From NCBI GenBank assembly GCA_938044705.1, contig CALIOL010000028.1, positions 1 to 62,477 on the forward strand: 62,477 nucleotides of DNA, read 5' to 3'. Positions 56,235-62,477 of the stretch are shown piece after piece. The notes under the pieces are model-generated. The model did no database searches. It worked only from the letters and a program-made list of their open reading frames with translations, and had not been told where the DNA came from. Origin of the DNA: an uncultured Ilumatobacter sp. (GTDB lineage Bacteria; Actinomycetota; Acidimicrobiia; Acidimicrobiales; Ilumatobacteraceae). Made by a program: the position numbers and the translations under genes. Every line of letters begins with the position of its first letter. The first letter of the stretch is position 1.

Positions 56235-58214
56235 ATGAGCGAGCCGACGCAGCCAGACGGGCAACAGCCTGCACACCCCCCACGATTCGACGAGCGATCA
56301 ACCGGCCAAGATCACACTGGAGACGACGCCACAACGCCGTCTGACCAGACTCCTGATCGTGCCGCTCGACCTGTCGCAGGCACGCCGCCGGCTGACGCGA
56401 CCGTGGTCTTCCCGGCCGGTGGCTTGACGAATCAGGCCGGCGGACAGCCTCCGGCGCAGCCACCTGGTCAATATCCCCCGGCTCAGCAACCGCCGGCCCA
56501 GCAGCCCCCTGGTGCGTACCCGCCCGCCCAGCAGCCGCCCGGTCAATATCCTCCGACCGCGCAGCAACCAGCGGTCTCGGGCCCGCCTCCCGGAGCGTAC
56601 GCGCCCGGTGGTCCTGGAATCGGCGGACAGCCTCCGGGCGGGGCGCCGCCGTATGGAGGTCCAGCTGGCGGCGAGCCACCGAAGAAGAAGAAGAGCGGTC
56701 TGCTCGTGGGTGGACTGATCGCGTTGGTGGTGGCGTTGGTCGGGGCGTTGGGCTTCGTTGCGCTCCAGGGCGGCGACGACGAAGAGGACGCCGAGCCCGT
56801 CACCACGGAGGAAGAAGAGGAAGAAGAGGAAGAGCCCGAACCAACGGTGGAGACCACCGAGCCGGTGGTCACTCCGCCGCCGACCGAGGCGACGACGACC
56901 GTTCCAGAGGTCGTCGCCGATGGAACGGTCGATGGGTTGTTCGTCCACGTCGAAGCGTTCCCTGCGGTGATCGCCGACGGGGACTTGGACAGCACGATCC
57001 AGCGCATCGGTCTGGCCGAGGGCAACAACCCGGTGTCCTCCGTTGACCCGGTGCTCAACCTGTGCGCCGCGATTCCCGTGGAGATGCCGGTCGCTGCCAC
57101 GGTGACGTGGAGCATGGACAACGAGACGCTGTCCGAGGGGGCCGAACGAGTCTTCGCGACGCCGGCGGACGGAAACTGCATCAACAACAACGGCGAACCG
57201 TTCGCGAATGGTTCCTATGAGGTGTCGTTCACCGATGCCGATGGTTCGACCTCCGGTGTTGCACTGTTCTCGATTGGCGTTGCGACGGTCACTCAGGAGT
57301 TCCTGAACGACACCGGTGCCGACCTGTGTGCTGTCGAGATCGCCCCGAGCACGGCAGGATTCTTCCAGTCGTTCGAGCTGACGAGTGGCGAGCCGCTCGT
57401 TCCGGGTGACTCGATTCTGATCGACATGGCGGACACGGAGCACGAGTTCCGCGGCATCGATTGCGCCGACGCGCCGTTGGAGAGCTTCTTCGGGTCGCCT
57501 GGCGCCGACCCGATCAGCTTGACCTCTGGTGCGGCGATCCCGCCGACGACCACTGAGCCGCCTCCGCCCCCGCAGATCACCGATGGCGAGCTGCTCAACA
57601 CCGATGGCGAAATCGGCTCGCTGGATGTCGCCGTTGCGAACGGTTCGAATGACGAACAGATCGTGATCGATCTGCTCCTCGACCCGGAGAGCAACCTCCG
57701 GATCGCGACCGAGGATCAGTCGCTGGCGATCTGCGGTGCCTGGAACGTCGTCGGTCCGCTCGAAGCGGAGATGGTGTGGGAGTTCAACCGGGCGGTCATC
57801 GCCCGATTCCCGGTCTCCACCGAGGGTGGCCAGGTCGGGCGGTGCATCCCGCCTGGCGGCGCAGAGTTCGACGAAGGCGCCTATCAGGTCTACCTCGAGC
57901 GAGGAGACGTCCAGTCCGAGGTCGAGACGTTCACGGTTGGTCGGGCTCAGACTCAGCTCGCCTTCATCAACGACACCGGTGTTGCGGTCTGTCGAGTCGG
58001 GTTCAGCCCGAACCTGACGAACTGGTACACGTTCTTCGAGTTTGCCGAGTCGGCGGACTTCGATGAGTCGGTGGACCCCGGTGCCGGGTTCACGATCGTC
58101 GCGCCCTTCATCGAGAACGACATCCGTGCCTTCGACTGCGAAGGCAACCAGGTCTCCGAAGCGTTGAACATCCCACCGACGGATCAGACGTTGAACCTCA
58201 GTACGGGAACCTGA
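56235..58214 (+). CDS. Pro/Gln-rich single-TM protein with internally duplicated ectodomain
   Basis: QPPGQYPP repeats, KKKK then TM, two copies of ...F.NDTG...C.V...P... Confidence 0.8.
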   Translation: MSEPTQPDGQQPAHPPRFDERSTGQDHTGDDATTPSDQTPDRAARPVAGTPPADATVVFPAGGLTNQAGGQPPAQPPGQYPPAQQPPAQQPPGAYPPAQQPPGQYPPTAQQPAVSGPPPGAYAPGGPGIGGQPPGGAPPYGGPAGGEPPKKKKSGLLVGGLIALVVALVGALGFVALQGGDDEEDAEPVTTEEEEEEEEEPEPTVETTEPVVTPPPTEATTTVPEVVADGTVDGLFVHVEAFPAVIADGDLDSTIQRIGLAEGNNPVSSVDPVLNLCAAIPVEMPVAATVTWSMDNETLSEGAERVFATPADGNCINNNGEPFANGSYEVSFTDADGSTSGVALFSIGVATVTQEFLNDTGADLCAVEIAPSTAGFFQSFELTSGEPLVPGDSILIDMADTEHEFRGIDCADAPLESFFGSPGADPISLTSGAAIPPTTTEPPPPPQITDGELLNTDGEIGSLDVAVANGSNDEQIVIDLLLDPESNLRIATEDQSLAICGAWNVVGPLEAEMVWEFNRAVIARFPVSTEGGQVGRCIPPGGAEFDEGAYQVYLERGDVQSEVETFTVGRAQTQLAFINDTGVAVCRVGFSPNLTNWYTFFEFAESADFDESVDPGAGFTIVAPFIENDIRAFDCEGNQVSEALNIPPTDQTLNLSTGT

Positions 58215-58221
58215 CGCTTGG

Positions 58222-58257
58222 CGGCGGGGAGGTGGCCGAGTCGGCCCCTTCCCGCCG
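58222..58257. terminator. GC-rich hairpin, putative terminator
   Basis: CGGCGGGGAGG-T-GGCCGA / TCGGCC-CCTTCCCGCCG starting 8 nt after the stop; no U tract. Confidence 0.5.
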
Positions 58258-58286
58258 ACGGGCCGAGCTGATCTACCATCCCGTTC

Positions 58287-60242
58287 ATGAGTGAGCACGA
58301 GCACACGTCGGGAATCGAAGCACTGGCGGACGAGCAGCGAACCTTTCCGCCCTCAGAGGAATTCAAGTCGACGACGCTCGTTGCGGGTGTCGATCTCTAT
58401 GACGAGGCCGCCCAGAACGACGAAGCGTTCTGGGCTCGCCAGGCGAGTGAGCTGGTGCACTGGGATACAGAGTGGGAGACCACGCTCGACTGGCAGCTTC
58501 CGTACGCCAAGTGGTTCGACGGGGGCACACTCAACGTGTCCTACAACTGTCTCGACCGCCACGTGCTGGCCGGTAATGGGGACAAGGTCGCGTTCCACTG
58601 GGAGGGTGAACCGGGCGACAAGCGCACGATCACCTACAGCGACATGCTGAACGAGGTGTCGCAGTTTGCGAACGTGCTGAAGGGTCTGGGCGTCGAGAAG
58701 GGCGACCGGATCATGATCTACATGCCGATGATTCCCGAGGCCGCGGTCGCGATGCTCGCCTGCGCCCGCATCGGGGCACCGCACAGCGTGGTGTTCGGAG
58801 GGTTCTCGAGTCAGTCGCTCGCCGACCGCATCGATGATGCGGAAGCGAAGGTCGTCATCACCGCTGACGGTGGCTACCGGCGTGGAGAGGTCTTCGCGCT
58901 GAAGCCTGCCGCGGATGAAGCGTGCGACAAGACCGAATCGATCGAGCATGTCGTCGTCGTCAAGCGCGGCGGGAACGATGTCGAGTGGGTGGATGGCCGC
59001 GACCACTGGTACCACGAGCTCATGGATGGGACGTCCACCGACTGCCCGGCCGAGCCGATGGAGGCCGAACACCTGCTGTTCTTGCTGTACACGTCGGGGA
59101 CCACTGGCAAGCCCAAGGGCATCATGCACACGACCGGTGGCTACATCACCCAGGCGACCTATACCCACAAGTACGTCTTCGACTTGCAGCCCGAGACCGA
59201 TGTGTTCTGGTGCACCGCCGACGTGGGTTGGATCACCGGGCACAGCTACATCGTCTACGGCCCGCTCTCGAACGGATGCACGCAGGTGATGTACGAAGGC
59301 GTGCCGAACTACCCCGGCAACGATCGATTCTGGGAGATCGTCGAGAAGTACGGCGTCACGATCTTCTACACCGCTCCGACCGCGATCCGCACCTTCATGA
59401 AGTGGGGTGCGGAGGAACCGGACAAGCACGACCTGTCGTCGCTGCGACTGCTCGGCACGGTCGGCGAGCCGATCAACCCCGAAGCGTGGATGTGGTATCA
59501 CGAGGTGATCGGCAAAGGGAAGTGCCCCATCGTGGACACGTGGTGGCAGACCGAAACGGGCGGCATCATGATCAGCCCACTTCCGGGTGCGACGACCACG
59601 AAGCCGGGCTCGGCGACGTTCCCATTGCCGGGTGTGAGTGCTGCGCTCGTCGATGACGAAGCAAACCCCGTTGCTGTCGGCGGTGGCTATCTCACGCTGA
59701 CGCGACCGTGGCCGGGAATGCTGCGCGGAATCTGGGGCGACCCCGAGCGGTATGTCGACACCTACTGGTCGCGGTTCCCGGATCGCTACTTCGCGGGAGA
59801 CGGCGCCAAGCTCGACGACGACGGCTACCTGTGGCTGCTCGGGCGCGTCGACGACGTCATGAACGTTTCCGGGCACCGGATCTCCACGACCGAGGTCGAG
59901 TCCGCGCTGGTCTCGCACCCCTCGGTCGCCGAGGCAGCAGTCGTCGGCGCGACCGATGCGACGACCGGGCAAGCTGTGTTCGCCTACGTGATCCTTCGTG
60001 GCGGGTCCGATGCGGACGAAGCGACGCTGCGCGAGCATGTCGCCGGGGAGATCGGTGCGATCGCGAAACCCAAGCGGATCTTCATCACGCCCGACTTACC
60101 GAAGACCCGATCCGGCAAGATCATGCGGCGCTTGCTGCGCGATGTCGCCGAAGGACGCAACATCGGCGACACGACGACGCTTGCCGACTCTTCGATCGTC
60201 GAAGAGTTGCAATCGAAGGCCGTCCAGTCGGCAGACGACTAG
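58287..60242 (+). CDS. acs: acetyl-CoA synthetase
   Basis: [32 protein letters not shown] and [11 protein letters not shown] motifs. Confidence 0.97.
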   Translation: MSEHEHTSGIEALADEQRTFPPSEEFKSTTLVAGVDLYDEAAQNDEAFWARQASELVHWDTEWETTLDWQLPYAKWFDGGTLNVSYNCLDRHVLAGNGDKVAFHWEGEPGDKRTITYSDMLNEVSQFANVLKGLGVEKGDRIMIYMPMIPEAAVAMLACARIGAPHSVVFGGFSSQSLADRIDDAEAKVVITADGGYRRGEVFALKPAADEACDKTESIEHVVVVKRGGNDVEWVDGRDHWYHELMDGTSTDCPAEPMEAEHLLFLLYTSGTTGKPKGIMHTTGGYITQATYTHKYVFDLQPETDVFWCTADVGWITGHSYIVYGPLSNGCTQVMYEGVPNYPGNDRFWEIVEKYGVTIFYTAPTAIRTFMKWGAEEPDKHDLSSLRLLGTVGEPINPEAWMWYHEVIGKGKCPIVDTWWQTETGGIMISPLPGATTTKPGSATFPLPGVSAALVDDEANPVAVGGGYLTLTRPWPGMLRGIWGDPERYVDTYWSRFPDRYFAGDGAKLDDDGYLWLLGRVDDVMNVSGHRISTTEVESALVSHPSVAEAAVVGATDATTGQAVFAYVILRGGSDADEATLREHVAGEIGAIAKPKRIFITPDLPKTRSGKIMRRLLRDVAEGRNIGDTTTLADSSIVEELQSKAVQSADD

Positions 60243-60328
60243 CGACGCACGAGGTCCACACGGTCAAGCTTCGTCCAGATTTTTCAACGTACGGTCAAGT
60301 CGGCGTCAAGCGGTGCCGATGAAGGGGC

Positions 60329-62323
60329 ATGGCCCCGCTCGAAGGTGACGAACGCTCGGAGACCCCGCGTCTCTCGTGGAACTCTGTCGTACCAGCCGCG
60401 CCGGGAGCTCCCGACCCTGTCCTGGCCCCGGCCCCTGCCCCGGCTGTCGCCGCTCCTGAGGTGCCGTCGCCGACGCTAGATCGGTCTGCGGCGCCGCTGC
60501 AGACCCCGGCACTGCCGTCCATCGATCTGACGCCGTCCCCTGCGCCAGTGATCCCGACGGTTCCTGCCACGACGCCAGTAGCGCCGTCTGTCCCAGCGGC
60601 TCCGTCGATTCCAGCGGCTCCGTCAGTGGCGGCCCCGGCCGCGCCAGCTCCGTCGACGCCTGTAGCTCCGTCGGTCCCGACGGTTCCAGCTGCCTCCGTC
60701 GTTGCTCCGGTCGCTCCGAGCGAGCCGGTTGTTGCTTCCGTCGTCGAGGTGACAGAGGCCGTCGTATCGGCCCCCGAGCCGACCGTGCCGACAGCGGCTG
60801 CCGTCGTTGCCACGGCACCAGAAGTCGAAGCTCAGGTCACGCCGGTGGTTCCTGCGCCCGGGCCGAAGCAGGAGGCGCCGAGTCTGCCGAAGGCGGTTGC
60901 CGCGCCGTCCTCGCAGGTCACGAAGGCGACGGCGCCGATCCCGAAGCGCCAGCCCCGAAAGGACCGGTCTGGAAGCATCGCGAAGGTCGGGTTCTTCTTC
61001 TTGATCGTCGGAGCGATCGCTTCCGTAGCGGTCATCTTCGGTCGTCCGTATCTGTTTCCGACTGAGTGGCAACAAGATGCACTCGAGTTCGCTGAGCCGA
61101 TCGAGCGCGCCCGAGGCGTCGACTTCATCGAGCCTGTTCTGTTGACGCCCCAACCGTCGATCGCCCACCGCGAGATGGTGGCAGCGCAGCTGCTCGGCGA
61201 CCCGGCGGCGAGCCTGCCGATGTGGCGTGCACTCGGCCTGGCAGGGCCCGACTCGACCGACGAGGCCACGCTCAACACGTTGATCTCCGATCAGGCGCCA
61301 GTGCTGTACTCGACCGTCGATGGTCAGGTCTACTACGACACCGCGTTCACCCGTTCCGACCGATCCACGCTGATCTCACGGGCCATGGCCACCGCTGCGC
61401 TCGACCAGGAGCTCACCTTCTCCGCCGACGCGGCGAACCGCTCGCTCGACGACGCAGCACTCATCGAGGCCCATGTTCGACAGCAAGCAGCGATCATCGC
61501 CGAGAACGCCACGACACGCGGTTCGGTGCAGACCACCGACGTCGCGGCGCTCGCATTCCTGCCCTCGGTGCTCGACTACCAACTGACGGCACCCTTGGTG
61601 TTCGTTGAGTTGTTGGCCCCGGTCAACGAGGTGGCCCCGAATCCCTTGACCGAGCTGGGCGTCGGCGGGCCGGGTCCGCTGAGGGTCGCACCGCTGCAGC
61701 AGATCCCCAGCACCTCGACGGTCGTCGGGGATGCAGACGTCGGAGCCTCGGTGGTCACGGATCGCTCGTTCTGGTACATGTCGTTCGCCAGCCATCTGGA
61801 TCCCGGTACTGCGTATCGGATGTCCAACGATCTGCAAGCGGCCGGGCTGCAGATGGTCGACGGGCAGAATGGCCGATGCGCTGTCGCCACGTTCGTGACG
61901 AACGGCGTCAACGCTGCCCTTCAGACAGATCTGGAGGCATGGGTCGCCGCTACTGCCCCAGAGCTCGGGGCGACGGTGACGGTGCTTCCGGACTCCAGCG
62001 TTCAGCTCCGCTCCTGCGATCCGGTCGGGGCGTATGTTTCGAACATCCGGTTCGGTGCTTCGCGCCAACTGATCTCGTGGCGTTCGATCGAGTTGGCAGT
62101 CACGAACCTGGTGATCGCAGACGGTGGAACCGATGCGGAGATCGCAGCGGCGGTTGCTGGTGTCGGCTCGTCGCCGGCTGCGCTCGCCGCTGCAGAACTT
62201 CCAGCAGGCACGACCCCGACCGAGCTGATCGCCGCTGTCGAGGTGGCAGCAACCGACGTGATCGCAGTCGCCTCAGCGCCAGTCGACCCGGCTGCGGATG
62301 GAGCGGCCGAAGGCGAAGGCTGA
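60329..62323 (+). CDS. Pro/Ala-rich single-TM protein with possible inactive metallopeptidase-like ectodomain
   Basis: Long P/A/V/S/T region, TM, then IERARGVDF..PV, ALGL, ...ALDQ, ALIE. Confidence 0.75.
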   Translation: MAPLEGDERSETPRLSWNSVVPAAPGAPDPVLAPAPAPAVAAPEVPSPTLDRSAAPLQTPALPSIDLTPSPAPVIPTVPATTPVAPSVPAAPSIPAAPSVAAPAAPAPSTPVAPSVPTVPAASVVAPVAPSEPVVASVVEVTEAVVSAPEPTVPTAAAVVATAPEVEAQVTPVVPAPGPKQEAPSLPKAVAAPSSQVTKATAPIPKRQPRKDRSGSIAKVGFFFLIVGAIASVAVIFGRPYLFPTEWQQDALEFAEPIERARGVDFIEPVLLTPQPSIAHREMVAAQLLGDPAASLPMWRALGLAGPDSTDEATLNTLISDQAPVLYSTVDGQVYYDTAFTRSDRSTLISRAMATAALDQELTFSADAANRSLDDAALIEAHVRQQAAIIAENATTRGSVQTTDVAALAFLPSVLDYQLTAPLVFVELLAPVNEVAPNPLTELGVGGPGPLRVAPLQQIPSTSTVVGDADVGASVVTDRSFWYMSFASHLDPGTAYRMSNDLQAAGLQMVDGQNGRCAVATFVTNGVNAALQTDLEAWVAATAPELGATVTVLPDSSVQLRSCDPVGAYVSNIRFGASRQLISWRSIELAVTNLVIADGGTDAEIAAAVAGVGSSPAALAAAELPAGTTPTELIAAVEVAATDVIAVASAPVDPAADGAAEGEG

Positions 62324-62476
62324 TCAAGCGTTCGGAGCGAGCACCTCGAGCGCGTGTCGATCCAGCGTGATCGGCCCGTCGACCGAGAGCGGCTGAATGC
62401 ACACGTGATCGGCCCCTGCGTCGTAGTGAGCTTGGATGCCGGCACGCACACGGTCCTCGTCTCCCCAGACCACGAC
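62324..62476 (-). CDS. C-terminus of an LLM-class (F420-dependent-type) oxidoreductase (partial)
   Basis: Not in the ORF track. My translation: VVVWGDEDRVRAGIQAHYDAGADHVCIQPL...LEVLAPNA*. Confidence 0.8.
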   Translation of the reverse strand, partial: VVVWGDEDRVRAGIQAHYDAGADHVCIQPLSVDGPITLDRHALEVLAPNA

Positions 62477-62477
62477 C

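Overview
High-GC actinobacterial chromosomal segment. Gene content and very acidic extracellular domains suggest an Acidimicrobiia/Ilumatobacter-like organism (inference). I saw no rRNA, tRNA, CRISPR array or mobile element. Left to right: (1) partial IniB-like gene, IniR-like LAL regulator, F420-type LLM oxidoreductase and a NagZ-type GH3 lipoprotein; (2) a ~20 kb co-oriented Ser/Thr phospho-signalling island (5218-25521) with 2 kinases, 2 PP2C phosphatases, 3 intact and 2 degenerate FHA domains, a vWA protein, a Tat amidase, a PASTA protein and several Zn-ribbon/TM/ectodomain proteins, including a membrane-tethered TerY-P-like kinase/vWA/PP2C triad; (3) udp, a thioredoxin-fold selenoprotein candidate that the ORF track splits at an in-frame TGA followed by a SECIS-like hairpin, and an MFS transporter; (4) a corrinoid-dependent methyltransferase cluster (MttB family, RACo/RamA-like, MeTr, 'virulence factor' domain, DUF1638, corrinoid protein) with a divergent IclR and matching tandem operators at two promoters; (5) a second LAL regulator and a diverged duplicate of a gene pair from the island; (6) an 11-subunit complex I operon (nuoABCDHIJKLMN, no EFG) with an enlarged His-rich NuoL, followed by a MidA/NDUFAF7-type methyltransferase; (7) membrane proteins, acs and a partial LLM oxidoreductase. 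All family calls come from motif recognition by eye; no database searches were run.
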